Part shown: one piece after another, positions 1-10,661 of the stretch
Layout: every line of letters begins with the position of its first letter
Position numbering within the stretch: the first letter of the stretch is position 1
Virus record (IMG/VR): IMGVR_UViG_3300045594_000116
Location: 96,001-160,000 of that record
DNA length: 64,000 bases
Origin: a virus
Taxonomy: Duplodnaviria > Caudoviricetes
Strand: one strand, 5' to 3'
Translations under genes and position numbers: made by a program
The notes under the pieces: generated by a model
Told to the model about the DNA's origin: nothing
Seen by the model: only the letters and a program-made list of their open reading frames with translations
Database searches by the model: none

Positions 1-1
1 A

Positions 2-1723
2 GAGAACATTCAACAGGAACTGCCGTCAAAGAGATTTGGATACAAGAACATGTACTGCATCATTCGTCCACTTACTGATTCTCAGGATGGCGTGGACAAG
101 ATGGGTATTGAAGCTATTAGAGCAGCAATACCTAAACAGATGCTTATGAGAAACAGTGTAACCACTTACACTGATCTGAATAACTATTTCAACTCTTTGA
201 ATAATGAGTATATCAGACTTTTGTTCTTAGAGAAGATTCATAATCAGGAAGAGAGATTATTCTATACATATCTTCTTTTAAAGGATGATAATCTTAATAT
301 CATCCCTACTAATACGGTAGACGTTACTTTTAGTAGAGATATGTTTGCAAATATCAATCGCTTCAACTATACATTAGCACCTGGCTCTATGTTCTACCAT
401 GATAAAACCCAATGCAAAGGGATAGATCAGCATACGGATGCCGATGTTACTAGATATGATAGCAATGGATTTTTATATTTTAATCCATTTCTTACAGTAA
501 TTAATAAGAACCCATTCTTCGTATCTTATTATCTAAACGTGCTAGACTATTCTCGGGCTATGATCTTTGACTATGTCAATGATAAGTCTGAGGTTCAATT
601 CATCGCTGGTGATAATATCACTGTTAAAAGAGCATACTTTACTGATAGGGATACTTATAAGCTTAGAGTGTTGCTTACACAGAATATCACATCTGACTTT
701 GGCCTTGTTGCTACAGATGATTCTGGTACTATTACTAGCACTAAGGTCAAGTTGTTCGGAGTAGTTTATATCGATGGATCTCCATACAGATATCTGGAAG
801 CTACACTGACTAACTATGATGATAAAAACTACATCTACACTTTTGACATGACTTTCAAAACAAATGATGTAATAGACAAAAATGGAAAGATCTACGTGAC
901 TAAAGGGCTTACCCAGCCAATGCAGTCAGCAGAAGTTTCCACTTACCTTCCGGCAAACATCGAACTCAAGATGTTTGTTCTTGCTAAATTCGATGAAGAG
1001 TTTGGAAGATCAGAAGGAAGTATAGATGCTATTATTCCTAGTGGGTTAACTGGATATACTCTTTGTAATATCTATTCTGCTAAGAATGGTATAGATCTGT
1101 ATTATGACTATAGCAACATAGTCGGCTCTTATATTACACTTAAAAAGAACGATGATTCTTCTTATACGTATTTTATCAAGAAGATGCCTATGGTGCGCTG
1201 GACATATATGAATACAGAAGCTAGATATAAGAAGCTGGTCAATATATTGGAGAAGAGAAGACTTTATATGGAGAACTGCTTAGTTCTCTTAGAGGATTCA
1301 TTCGGTATTGATTTTAAGTTCTTCAATACATATGGGCCAAGCTTACTCTACTATATCGATCAGAATACTGACGATACGTTGAACAAAGTAAATCTCTCAC
1401 TTACATTCGAAGTCAAGTACAATATGCCTGATGATGCTAAATGCCAGCCTGAGATTACTAACTACATTAAAGAATACCTTGAAGATATCAATGATATCAG
1501 AGATCTGCATTTCTCTGTGCTTCAAGGAAAAGTTCTTGATAAGTTTTCTTCTCAATTGGTATACTTCCAGTTATATGACGTTAATGGTTATAGCAATGAC
1601 CATCAGAACTTCTATAAGAGGAATACAGATGAATTTGTTGAGGCTCACACTGTTCCAGAGTTTATCAATGTAAATACCAATACAGATGAGACTGCAGATA
1701 TCAAATATAGGGTAATTTCATAA
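2..1723 (+). CDS. Large virion structural protein, probably baseplate wedge-like (5' partial)
   Basis: Frame is open from position 2, so the gene starts upstream of the window. It is Tyr/Asn/Asp-rich and lies in structural context. The function is inference only. Confidence 0.5.
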   Translation, partial: ENIQQELPSKRFGYKNMYCIIRPLTDSQDGVDKMGIEAIRAAIPKQMLMRNSVTTYTDLNNYFNSLNNEYIRLLFLEKIHNQEERLFYTYLLLKDDNLNIIPTNTVDVTFSRDMFANINRFNYTLAPGSMFYHDKTQCKGIDQHTDADVTRYDSNGFLYFNPFLTVINKNPFFVSYYLNVLDYSRAMIFDYVNDKSEVQFIAGDNITVKRAYFTDRDTYKLRVLLTQNITSDFGLVATDDSGTITSTKVKLFGVVYIDGSPYRYLEATLTNYDDKNYIYTFDMTFKTNDVIDKNGKIYVTKGLTQPMQSAEVSTYLPANIELKMFVLAKFDEEFGRSEGSIDAIIPSGLTGYTLCNIYSAKNGIDLYYDYSNIVGSYITLKKNDDSSYTYFIKKMPMVRWTYMNTEARYKKLVNILEKRRLYMENCLVLLEDSFGIDFKFFNTYGPSLLYYIDQNTDDTLNKVNLSLTFEVKYNMPDDAKCQPEITNYIKEYLEDINDIRDLHFSVLQGKVLDKFSSQLVYFQLYDVNGYSNDHQNFYKRNTDEFVEAHTVPEFINVNTNTDETADIKYRVIS

Positions 1724-1745
1724 TCAACCGAAAATGAAGCATATA

Positions 1746-1757
1746 AACATATTAATA
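1746..1757 (+). promoter_or_regulatory. Late (nvRNAP-type) promoter AACA-N6-TA
   Basis: AACA TATTAA TA upstream of the head-protein array; matches the AR9 late promoter consensus. Confidence 0.75.
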
Positions 1758-1808
1758 AAATCTGCTGCCTAATGCAGCTAGGTTACATTTAAAGGAGGAA
1801 TAACAACT

Positions 1809-2930
1809 ATGTTTATTGGTGAAAATACACTGTTCGGCACTGCTCCGACGGTACACGTAGAAGCTGATACTAACTATGATGGCGGCATCGGCTGCCAGGT
1901 AGCTATGGTTGAAAGCTATCAGAATGAATTCGAATTCCTTAAAGCTGCTGTATTGGCAGACGTCAAGGAATGCGCTATGATCAGCGAGTCTGCTTCTGAG
2001 GAAGATATTGCTGCTATGCAGGAAGGCGTTCTCAGCTCTGTATGGAACAAGCTCAAGGAGCTTGTTAAAAAGATCATCGCAAAAGTGAAAGGTATCTTCA
2101 AGGGCTTCATCGCTCGTCTGGAAGCTTTCATGGGCAAGAACGGTTATGCTTTCTTCGAGAAGTATAAGAAGGTTCTGTATGATGGTACGGACATCAGCAA
2201 ACTGAAGTTCGAGTATTGTGAGCCGAAAGAGAAGTTCTCTCCAGACGGGAAATTCAAAGGCATCAACTTGATGCCGGTTGTTGGCTCGATGGGAGACGAT
2301 GACGATGCGACGGATATCGAGGAGAAATTCCTTGATAGCATTTCTGGCGGTATCTGCAAAGATGCCAAGACGGTTGCTAAAGATCTGAAGGATCATTACT
2401 TTGATAGTGAGACCCAGACTGATGCTAAATCCAGTGACATTGGCAAGTATTGCCAGTACATCATGGACAAGACTTCCGTTGTAACGTCGCTTGAGAAGGT
2501 CCAGAGCAAAGAAGAGTCTGAGATGAACAAGTGGGTCGCAGAGATCGACAAAGCTGCCAACAACCAGGCTTCCAACATTGCTGACGTTGCTGCTGGTAAA
2601 GATACGTCCAATCCTAAAGATATGTCTTTCCGGCATAACGGAAATGGTGCTAAAGCTTTTGGCCAGGCTAATACCGCAAGCCAGAAGATTGTTACGAAAT
2701 ACCAGCGTGCAGTTGGTGCTGCTAGCCGCGCTCTGAATTCGTACAACAGCGCTGCTATGAGCGTTGCTAAATTCGGCGTTGCTCAGTCCCGCCGTGTTGC
2801 TGCAATCATCGTTGCTTACAAGAGCCGTCATAAAGGCAGCAAGCACGAGTCTGCTGATCTCGATCTGTATCTGGATGCAGTTGGCGAGGCAGCTGAGATT
2901 AACACTCTTACAGAGCTTGAGTCTCTGTAA
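1809..2930 (+). CDS. Inner head protein, paralog 1
   Basis: RBS AAGGAGG. Acidic propeptide, then MQE|G, then amphipathic helix VLSSVWNKLKELVKKIIAKVKGIF, as in phiKZ-type internal head paralogs. Confidence 0.7.
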   Translation: MFIGENTLFGTAPTVHVEADTNYDGGIGCQVAMVESYQNEFEFLKAAVLADVKECAMISESASEEDIAAMQEGVLSSVWNKLKELVKKIIAKVKGIFKGFIARLEAFMGKNGYAFFEKYKKVLYDGTDISKLKFEYCEPKEKFSPDGKFKGINLMPVVGSMGDDDDATDIEEKFLDSISGGICKDAKTVAKDLKDHYFDSETQTDAKSSDIGKYCQYIMDKTSVVTSLEKVQSKEESEMNKWVAEIDKAANNQASNIADVAAGKDTSNPKDMSFRHNGNGAKAFGQANTASQKIVTKYQRAVGAASRALNSYNSAAMSVAKFGVAQSRRVAAIIVAYKSRHKGSKHESADLDLYLDAVGEAAEINTLTELESL

Positions 2931-2960
2931 TTCAAATAAAAATAGAGGAGGAAAACTAAC

Positions 2961-4001
2961 ATGTTTATTGGCGAAAGCACATTGACCGGCCATTACCTGG
3001 ACAACGTTCAGGCTGAGGCCGTTGAAATTGATAATGCACATGAAGCTATGATCGCTGCTACGGCAGTTGATGAAGCAAACTTCAATGCAATTATGGCTCC
3101 GTTCGCAGTTGCAGAACTGAATGCACTTCGCGAGGGTGCTGATCCGTTCACGACCGTATATACGGAAGGCACGCTCAGTTCTTTCTGGGAGAAGGTAAAG
3201 GCTTTCTTCAAGAAAGTTTGGGCAAAGATCAAAGGTATTTTTGCTAAAGTTATGACGCGTCTTGACGCTCAGTTCCGCAGTGGCAAATCCTTCTGGGATA
3301 AGTACAACAAGGAGCTGGCTAGCAAATTTGCAAAGATCGACAAAGATAAGGTCAAATTTGTTGGTTACAAATATGACGTTAAAGCTCTCACCGATGATGT
3401 AGCTACTCCGGCTACTGGTGAGAAGAACTCCAACGTATATGCTACGAATGATGCTGATCGCGATGAAGAGATTCTCGATAAGTATCGTGGCGAAACGGTT
3501 GGTCAGGGTTCTCTGGCTGCCAACGAGTATTCCAAAGAGCTCCAGCAGCATTTCCGCGGTGGAGATACGACGAAGAGCGAAGTTGACGGAGTAAATCTCT
3601 CGTACATCGCTTCTTTCCTCAGCTCCGATAAGCTCATCAGCGATGTGAAGAAAAACTTCCGCATCCTTGAAAAGGCATGCGAAGCTAATATTCGTGACGC
3701 TGAGAAGAAGTCGAAAGAGCATATCGATCAGAACGTTGAAGCTTCCAAAGGCGACGACAAGAAGGCTAAAGAAAGTGCACAGTCTGCAGTTTCTTCCGAT
3801 CAGCATTGGCTTGTTATCGCTCGTGGTCGTCTTGCTATTGCTCAGCAGTATGTAGGCGCACAGGTATCCGCTATCCAGAGCGCTATCGGCCAGGCTAAAG
3901 GCTTTGCTGGTCAGGTTCTGCGTGCATCCGTTAAAGAGGGCGCTGCTCTCGAGGGTGCTTATGGCAGCAACGATATCTTCGGCAGCGTAAAGCTTAAGTA
4001 A
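2961..4001 (+). CDS. Inner head protein, paralog 2
   Basis: Same MFIGE start as paralog 1; YTE|GTLSSFWEKVKAFFKKVWAKIKGIF. Confidence 0.7.
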   Translation: MFIGESTLTGHYLDNVQAEAVEIDNAHEAMIAATAVDEANFNAIMAPFAVAELNALREGADPFTTVYTEGTLSSFWEKVKAFFKKVWAKIKGIFAKVMTRLDAQFRSGKSFWDKYNKELASKFAKIDKDKVKFVGYKYDVKALTDDVATPATGEKNSNVYATNDADRDEEILDKYRGETVGQGSLAANEYSKELQQHFRGGDTTKSEVDGVNLSYIASFLSSDKLISDVKKNFRILEKACEANIRDAEKKSKEHIDQNVEASKGDDKKAKESAQSAVSSDQHWLVIARGRLAIAQQYVGAQVSAIQSAIGQAKGFAGQVLRASVKEGAALEGAYGSNDIFGSVKLK

Positions 4002-4025
4002 GAAAAAATAATAGAGTATATATTT

Positions 4026-4051
4026 CAGGCAATGGCTTAGTCCATTGCCTG
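4026..4051 (+). terminator. Stem-loop after paralog 2
   Basis: CAGGCAATGG-cttagt-CCATTGCCTG. Confidence 0.6.
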
Positions 4052-4078
4052 TTATATTACTTTTAAGGAGGATAAAAA

Positions 4079-5344
4079 ATGGCTTCAATATTTAGCGCAC
4101 AATCCTTCCTCAAAGAGTCTTCTATTTACTCTATTCAGTTAGATGATAAGGGAACTTATAGAGAGGAATCTTTCTTCATGGAAGGTTTGGATTTCCTTAC
4201 TGAAATGCAGAAAGAGAATGTAAGATATAGAGCTGATCTGTATCGCGCAGTTGCTGAGTCTGGTACCAATATGGTAGCAGTTCATGAAGCATTTACTGAT
4301 TTCTTTGGGCATATCAAGGATTTCATTAAGAAGGTAATCAACTTCTTTAAGAAGCTGCTTGCAAAGTTCTGGGTACGTATAAACAGCATGTTCCTTCGTG
4401 ATAAGTATATTACGAAGCACAAAGACGAACTTAAGAAGTTCGAGTCGAAACATGAGTTCGACTTCAATGGATTTGAATATACGTTTAGCGATAACATTCC
4501 ATCGCTGTCTGTAATTGAATCAGTTAAAAATGCTGTTACTACACTTGCAGATGAAGCAACTGAAGAAGGAAAATGTAAGACGTTCAAGAGCAAGAAAGAC
4601 CTTGAGACTGCTTACAAAACCTTTACGACCGAGAAATGCGAATCTTCATATCTTGACAAGCAGCGCGGATCGATTCTTGGCAATAAGCGTGGCATCAGTG
4701 AAACGGAGTATAAGGATGAACTCTTTAAAGTCTTCAGAAACAATGAGGACAAGAAGGGTAAGATTACTGCCAATGCTACACTGGTAAACAAATGCCTGTA
4801 TGATTTCGAGAAATACTCAGAGATCAAAAAGAAGACAGAGCATCAGCGTGATGAAGTGGAAAAGGCATACAATCTTATCGAAAAGGGTTTTGATCGGATT
4901 CATAATGCGGTATTCGGCAAATCTGGCAAGGAAGTCGATGTCCTGGATATCGTAGATACTGCTGATGAAGATCGTACCCAGCTAATTGACATGTTCGCAA
5001 AAGAGAAGGCTGTAGAAGTACAGGAGATTTCCAATCTTCATGTAATGGCTTTCACTGCTAAACTTGATGCACTTAGAGATAAGTATGCTCAGGATAAGGC
5101 TGTAATGTATGCGGCATTCAAGAAGATTCTTGCGAAAGAGAAGATGTTCGCTAAAGAATCTGCTGAACTCGATGAAGTTCTTGAGCATAACGATATCGAT
5201 GCTATCATTGATACTCATGTCCGTGATGCAGTTCCAAGCGAGGACGATTCTGATAAGAAAGAACCTTGGTCTAACACTGATAAAGATACGTCCGTAGCAG
5301 ATGCTACAGACAGCGGCAATAATGGAGGTGAGTGCTGTGCGTAA
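4079..5344 (+). CDS. Inner head protein, paralog 3
   Basis: RBS AAGGAGG; VHE|AFTDFFGHIKDFIKKVINFFKKLL. Confidence 0.65.
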   Translation: MASIFSAQSFLKESSIYSIQLDDKGTYREESFFMEGLDFLTEMQKENVRYRADLYRAVAESGTNMVAVHEAFTDFFGHIKDFIKKVINFFKKLLAKFWVRINSMFLRDKYITKHKDELKKFESKHEFDFNGFEYTFSDNIPSLSVIESVKNAVTTLADEATEEGKCKTFKSKKDLETAYKTFTTEKCESSYLDKQRGSILGNKRGISETEYKDELFKVFRNNEDKKGKITANATLVNKCLYDFEKYSEIKKKTEHQRDEVEKAYNLIEKGFDRIHNAVFGKSGKEVDVLDIVDTADEDRTQLIDMFAKEKAVEVQEISNLHVMAFTAKLDALRDKYAQDKAVMYAAFKKILAKEKMFAKESAELDEVLEHNDIDAIIDTHVRDAVPSEDDSDKKEPWSNTDKDTSVADATDSGNNGGECCA

Positions 5345-6779
5345 CGAATATTTGGAAGATACTAGATATGCTCAGTATCTTATTGAAATGACGGCTGAAG
5401 AGGAAAAGCTGAAAGGCTTTACTGAAGCTCTTATCGGTGTACATGAAGGTGCAAGCATCGATAGCCTTATGGCTATTCGTGAAGGCGTTAGCGATAAGAT
5501 CAATGGTGTATGGGAGAAGTTTAAAGGATTCCTTGAGAGAATCTGGGCTAAGTTCATGAACTATGCCAACAAAGCTATCCTGAATCAGGTTGAGTATCTT
5601 GAGCAGTATAAAGATATCATTCTCAATCGTAAGCCTAACGACTTTGCTTTTGAAATGACCGATTATCCTGCTGGTATTCAGCGGATGGGCTCTGTAACCA
5701 TTCCGGTCTTTAAGACGGTTATCGACAAAGTCACTACAGAACCAACTGATACGAGTTTCATGCACACCATCATTGGTGAGTACGATGATAAGACCCCATG
5801 GCCTACGTTCTGTGCTCAGTTCTTTGAAGGTGGTACTGTTCAGAAACCTGCAAATCTGCAGAATATGAATATGACCGATCTTTACAATTACTGCCATGAC
5901 TTCAAGTCTAGAATCCTTTCCAATATCGAGAAGGATCAGAAGACTTTGCAGGGAACGCTCGACAGTATCAGAGGCGATATCACTTCTGCTAGTCAGGCCG
6001 CAGCAAAGCCGGCAGCAACGGCTCCAGAAGCTAAGAAGCCTGAAGATACCGGGAATTCAGCCCCTACGAATAATACCCAGCCTACATCTCAGAATTCAAG
6101 TTTTATTGACGATACGTATAAGCATTTCTTTACTGAAGATATGACTATCGGAAAGCCGGATGACAATAAGGACAATGGAACTGCAAAAGCTCCTACGTCT
6201 ACTCAGACCGCTGGAAATTCCACGGTTACGAATCAGTCATCTACGAAACTTGGCTCTACTACAGGAACCAATACTGGTGTAAGCTCCTTGAAGACTACGA
6301 CAGACGCTAAGGGTGCAGATACCAGCGCTCAGGTAGATACCAAGGGACAGGATTCTGAACAGCTTAAAACCCTTGAAGAGAAATTGAAGAACTATGATAC
6401 AGTTGCTGCAGGCGTACTTACTGGTAAACTGCAGGCTGCACAGAATATCTTCAATGACTATATGAAGCTGATCAAAATCCATATCCAGCAGCAGACTGGT
6501 AAGGGTGGTACTAACCAGGCAGCAGCCAATGGTACTAACACTAATCAGGCTCTTGATCTTTCTGGACTTGGTGATCTGGCTGACTTCGCGGTAGATGCAG
6601 GTAAGATTGTTAAGAATGATCCTCCATATAACGATGCTCAGAAGAAAGCTGAAACTATCAAGCAGTATATCGATAAAGTTAAGAATAACAATCCTAACTT
6701 TACTGGTAACTTCAATGATATCATGAAAGCAGCATCTTCGCAGATTGCAGCTCAACAGAAAAAAACTGAGGGTAAATAA
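5337..6779 (+). CDS. Inner head protein, paralog 4, with Thr/Ser/Ala-rich insert
   Basis: GGAGGTG precedes GTG at 5337, which overlaps the upstream stop; IRE|GVSDKINGVWEKFKGFLERIWAKF. Confidence 0.65.
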   Translation: MRNEYLEDTRYAQYLIEMTAEEEKLKGFTEALIGVHEGASIDSLMAIREGVSDKINGVWEKFKGFLERIWAKFMNYANKAILNQVEYLEQYKDIILNRKPNDFAFEMTDYPAGIQRMGSVTIPVFKTVIDKVTTEPTDTSFMHTIIGEYDDKTPWPTFCAQFFEGGTVQKPANLQNMNMTDLYNYCHDFKSRILSNIEKDQKTLQGTLDSIRGDITSASQAAAKPAATAPEAKKPEDTGNSAPTNNTQPTSQNSSFIDDTYKHFFTEDMTIGKPDDNKDNGTAKAPTSTQTAGNSTVTNQSSTKLGSTTGTNTGVSSLKTTTDAKGADTSAQVDTKGQDSEQLKTLEEKLKNYDTVAAGVLTGKLQAAQNIFNDYMKLIKIHIQQQTGKGGTNQAAANGTNTNQALDLSGLGDLADFAVDAGKIVKNDPPYNDAQKKAETIKQYIDKVKNNNPNFTGNFNDIMKAASSQIAAQQKKTEGK

Positions 6780-6799
6780 TACCCAAATGACAAATAATA

Positions 6800-6826
6800 T
6801 CCCTGTACTCGTAATGAGTACAGGGA
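6800..6826. terminator. Hairpin between convergent genes
   Basis: TCCCTGTACTC-gtaat-GAGTACAGGGA. Confidence 0.7.
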
Positions 6827-6836
6827 CTTATTGTGT

Positions 6837-9521
6837 TTATTTTTTCGTTGTATCAGTAGTAGTAGTTTTAGCATATTTAGGATCTTTAGAAAGGGTATCC
6901 AAAGCATCTGCTTTAGTATAACCTTTACTGATAAGATAGTTAATATCATTATCGGTATATGCAACCCCATTAGGACCAATTTCCTTATTTGCTACTTTAT
7001 TAGCATTTATCTGTAACTGGCCATTTACGGTATTCATATCAGCATATGATTTTTGAATATCTGCTCCGGTATCTACTACTTTCATAAGGCTATCAATACT
7101 GAAATTGCCACCCTTAAGATCATTGATAATATCTCTCGCTCCAAGGATAATAGCTCGTCTATCAGCCTTCTGTGCTTTCTGGAGTCTTTCAGCTTCAGCA
7201 GCTGCAGTTTCAGCTGTAGTAGCAGCATCCTTAGATTTCTTAGACTTAGAGTCTTCTGCGACCTTATCAAATTCAAGCATCGTATTTAACGTGAACTTAT
7301 CATCTTCACGTACAAAGAACTCTACTTTTCTAGACAAGATAAATGTACCATCCTTATCGGAATGAGCATCATAATTCTTAATGATGTATTCTTTATTAGG
7401 AGTAAATACTTCAGAGTCAAGATCATTTTTATTGACAACTAAGCGGTTGGCTTTGTTCTCAATAGATGACTTAATATTCTTAAGCATATTGTAATTATCG
7501 TTGTCAAGCTTCAAAACGGCGGTACCCGTACCACTTGCACTAAGATTGAGTTTCAAATCGAAAGCGGACAATCCGAGCTTCCCAAGTTGGGCTATATCCT
7601 TTACTTTAGAGAAGTCTTCTTGAAGGTCTTTAAGCGAACCAAACTTAAAACCTCCATTCATTATCTGCCCACCAGCACTCTTCATATTTCCAAGCAGTCC
7701 AGAAATATTTTGCTGAATGCCTTTAGCCATTCCAGACCAATCAGGCTTGAATTCACTAAGAGTAGATCCAAGGTCTACTGAACTGGTATTAACTTGCTTA
7801 ACAGTGGCTGCAAGATCCTCATGTATTCCTTTGAATACATCTTTCATATTAGTGAATTTATCAATATCACTTTGCGTTCCTTCTACTATAGAGGCCATTT
7901 CTTTCTGTAAAGGAACCATAGCTTCATAAGTAGATGTGATGTCTGGTTCTTCTACAGCTGGAGCATTACCACTAGCTGCAGCAGCACCATTCTTAGTCTG
8001 CTCTGCCAGCCACTTAGCTTCATATACAATCTCTCCAGTAGCGTCATATGTCATTTGTCCACCACCAAAGCAACCAGCCATAGGCCCCATGATCTTTTTC
8101 ATCATGCTATCTTTATAAGCTTCTAAGCTAGAATGAAATCCATTAAGAAGACCTTTGTTATCAAATACATTGATAGCACTTACGGCATTAACAGATGAAG
8201 GGATCATGCTAGTAGCCATAGAAGCATCTATAGCAGTATTACCAGTAGAAGCAGCTACATCATTCAACTTGTAGAACTCTTCTGCTGTTGTATTAGCCCT
8301 TTCCATATTATCTGTTATCATCTTAATATATTCTTGCTTCTTATCTCCAGTCATGGTGAAGCACTTCACCGTCTGACTAGCTCCGTTTTCATCTGTATAA
8401 TCAGGAGCCGATTCCGGAATCTTCTTTATCTGCTCAATAAGAGTATCAACCAACTTCTTGAACTTTTCCATATCTTCTTTGAGAGTAGTAACACGAGCTC
8501 TACAGTCAACCTTGATATCTCTAATTCCCATAGGAATCTGCTTAAGAACTGGAAGTATCGCATCAACTTTCTTGTTGATAGCTTCTTTCTGAGCATTGAT
8601 CTGATTAATGGTATTATTCATGGCTTCACAGTTAAGGATAGAGTTTCCTTTACTTGGGTCCATGATAGCCGATATATCATTCATATACTTACAGGTAGTA
8701 TTATCTATGCTATAGTTGCTATCTTTTACATTGATATCTACACTGTATCTCTTATTAGTTTCGTCTTCTTCCATTCCTTGCACAAGAGCTTCAGCCTTAT
8801 CTAGAGATTGAATAGTCAAGTATACACTACTATACTTTTCAGTTTTCTTGGCGACTGCATCACCGCAGCTGCTAAGAAGGTATATACAATCGCAATCTAT
8901 AAAGAATCGATACTGAGTAGTATAGAATACTTTATAAGAGTTCATGAAAGCGATGAACTTTGATAGACTCTCTTGAGGGGGAATAGTTAACTGATCCACT
9001 ATTTCATTATAATCGAATTTCTGAATAGTAGTTGGAAAAGCAGATAGCTGATCCATTACCACATTCATGATAGCTGTATTTACGATGACATTGTTAGTTG
9101 TAGCGCTATTCTCCTCATTAGCTGTCTTGAAATACAGTCCTAAGAAAATGGATTTGTATACATCCTTTTTATCAGGATTATCCGCATAATCGATTTCCTT
9201 GTTGTAATTGATATCATCTGTTATGAAGTAAGAATACTCTCCAGACCATGCGGTCTGTTGTGCTGCGTCTTGTGTCTGAGTAGCTCCATCATCTTCTACA
9301 TGAACTTTATTAGCATAGATAAAGATACTAGCAGTCTTAGCATTCATAATTACTTTATCCACATTATTCTTATCCAGAGTCAGTGAACAAACAATTTTAC
9401 TGATATTCTCTTTATCGTAGTTATTATCACGCATAAAGGTTTTGAAGTTTTCTTGCTTGATATCAAATGTATCATTACCATTCTTCCATTGAGCGGTTAT
9501 GATATATTTACATCTGTACAC
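6837..9521 (-). CDS. Late 894-aa probable virion (tail/baseplate) protein with central coiled coil
   Basis: RBS GGAGGTG plus GTG start; late promoter at 9570-9581; no recognised catalytic motif. Confidence 0.55.
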   Translation of the reverse strand: MYRCKYIITAQWKNGNDTFDIKQENFKTFMRDNNYDKENISKIVCSLTLDKNNVDKVIMNAKTASIFIYANKVHVEDDGATQTQDAAQQTAWSGEYSYFITDDINYNKEIDYADNPDKKDVYKSIFLGLYFKTANEENSATTNNVIVNTAIMNVVMDQLSAFPTTIQKFDYNEIVDQLTIPPQESLSKFIAFMNSYKVFYTTQYRFFIDCDCIYLLSSCGDAVAKKTEKYSSVYLTIQSLDKAEALVQGMEEDETNKRYSVDINVKDSNYSIDNTTCKYMNDISAIMDPSKGNSILNCEAMNNTINQINAQKEAINKKVDAILPVLKQIPMGIRDIKVDCRARVTTLKEDMEKFKKLVDTLIEQIKKIPESAPDYTDENGASQTVKCFTMTGDKKQEYIKMITDNMERANTTAEEFYKLNDVAASTGNTAIDASMATSMIPSSVNAVSAINVFDNKGLLNGFHSSLEAYKDSMMKKIMGPMAGCFGGGQMTYDATGEIVYEAKWLAEQTKNGAAAASGNAPAVEEPDITSTYEAMVPLQKEMASIVEGTQSDIDKFTNMKDVFKGIHEDLAATVKQVNTSSVDLGSTLSEFKPDWSGMAKGIQQNISGLLGNMKSAGGQIMNGGFKFGSLKDLQEDFSKVKDIAQLGKLGLSAFDLKLNLSASGTGTAVLKLDNDNYNMLKNIKSSIENKANRLVVNKNDLDSEVFTPNKEYIIKNYDAHSDKDGTFILSRKVEFFVREDDKFTLNTMLEFDKVAEDSKSKKSKDAATTAETAAAEAERLQKAQKADRRAIILGARDIINDLKGGNFSIDSLMKVVDTGADIQKSYADMNTVNGQLQINANKVANKEIGPNGVAYTDNDINYLISKGYTKADALDTLSKDPKYAKTTTTDTTKK

Positions 9522-9547
9522 ATTTTACACCTCCATTACAAAAAATA

Positions 9548-9581
9548 AAAGGTAATAGCATAATGCTATTACCTTTGTGTT
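9548..9581 (-). promoter_or_regulatory. Terminator hairpin overlapped by a late promoter
   Basis: Minus strand AACA CAAAGG TA (9581-9570) runs into the stem AAAGGTAATAGCA-tta-TGCTATTACCTTT, followed by a T tract. Confidence 0.65.
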
Positions 9582-10649
9582 TCAGACGCCTTCGAAGTTG
9601 ATTGGATAATGGGTAAAGTATCGCCCATTAATGTATTTCATAGCATCAGGATCTTCAAGCTGTGTGAGGAATGCATTCTCAGTAGCTTCAGGCGTATGCT
9701 GATATATAGCAAGCTGTGTGTTAATATCAATCGCCATGAATCTATTGTAAAACGCCTCATACGACAATAGCCTTTGATTCTTAGCTTTACATTTCTCGCT
9801 TAAGAAGCGATAAGTCCCTTCAATATTGCCAATCATTTCTTTTGGCATATCTGATAAAAGATTTACCGATGTTACAATATCCTTACTACTGATCACATTC
9901 TTTTTAGGAATGCCACTCAGTACCATGATAGTTGAAATAAGCTTAGGATAAACAGGATGGTCTATCACTATCTTACGTGTCTCATGGGCAAATGCATTAA
10001 TAGCATTTACAAAATTGTAAGAATACGCAATCGTAGCTTTTTTCTTAGCATTGTACTTACGTCTGAATACAACAGTATCTTCGCAGTTTGCCGGCAAGCA
10101 ATACATATACTCAGATGAAGATATCACTACATTAGGGAATTGCTGAAATAATGGAATCGTAGTTATAAGATTCTTTATTATGACAGCGGGTTCCACCGTT
10201 CCAAACTTGAAATACACATCAGGCATATATGGAACAAGCATCTTTACAAACTCTAATGCCCGATCTACTTTATCACCTATCTCACTGTTAGATAATACAC
10301 GATCTCTATACTTAGAATTATACTCTGGGCAGTATCTTGAGATATTGATAGAGGTCATATTTGAATAAACAAATATAATCTGTGTCGTTACCCTATGACG
10401 AGTCCAAAAGTATTTTCTATAGTGCGATACCATGTTTAAAATACACGATGAGATAAGCTCTATAGCATGACTAGTATTCAAATGCCGATATAGAGGAAGC
10501 AAAGCTTCATATAAGTCAATGAATACATTTACATGCTCAGCGCTAGACCCTTCAAATTCCAAACCTACCAATGTGTTCAGATGTTCATAGCGAATATACT
10601 GTCCGTACATAACTTGATCTAAAGGCATATCCTGATCATATCGCTGCAT
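9582..10649 (-). CDS. Hypothetical early protein, possibly a degenerate PIN/5'-3' exonuclease-like fold
   Basis: RBS AAGGAGG; N-terminal VNVFIDL strand is only a weak hint. Confidence 0.4.
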   Translation of the reverse strand: MQRYDQDMPLDQVMYGQYIRYEHLNTLVGLEFEGSSAEHVNVFIDLYEALLPLYRHLNTSHAIELISSCILNMVSHYRKYFWTRHRVTTQIIFVYSNMTSINISRYCPEYNSKYRDRVLSNSEIGDKVDRALEFVKMLVPYMPDVYFKFGTVEPAVIIKNLITTIPLFQQFPNVVISSSEYMYCLPANCEDTVVFRRKYNAKKKATIAYSYNFVNAINAFAHETRKIVIDHPVYPKLISTIMVLSGIPKKNVISSKDIVTSVNLLSDMPKEMIGNIEGTYRFLSEKCKAKNQRLLSYEAFYNRFMAIDINTQLAIYQHTPEATENAFLTQLEDPDAMKYINGRYFTHYPINFEGV

Positions 10650-10661
10650 CTGTAATCCTCC

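Noticed and set aside
1752-4088. 778-aa minus-strand ORF spanning two head genes
   Set aside because: Antisense shadow of two same-frame, strongly codon-biased genes; no RBS or promoter and non-protein-like composition.
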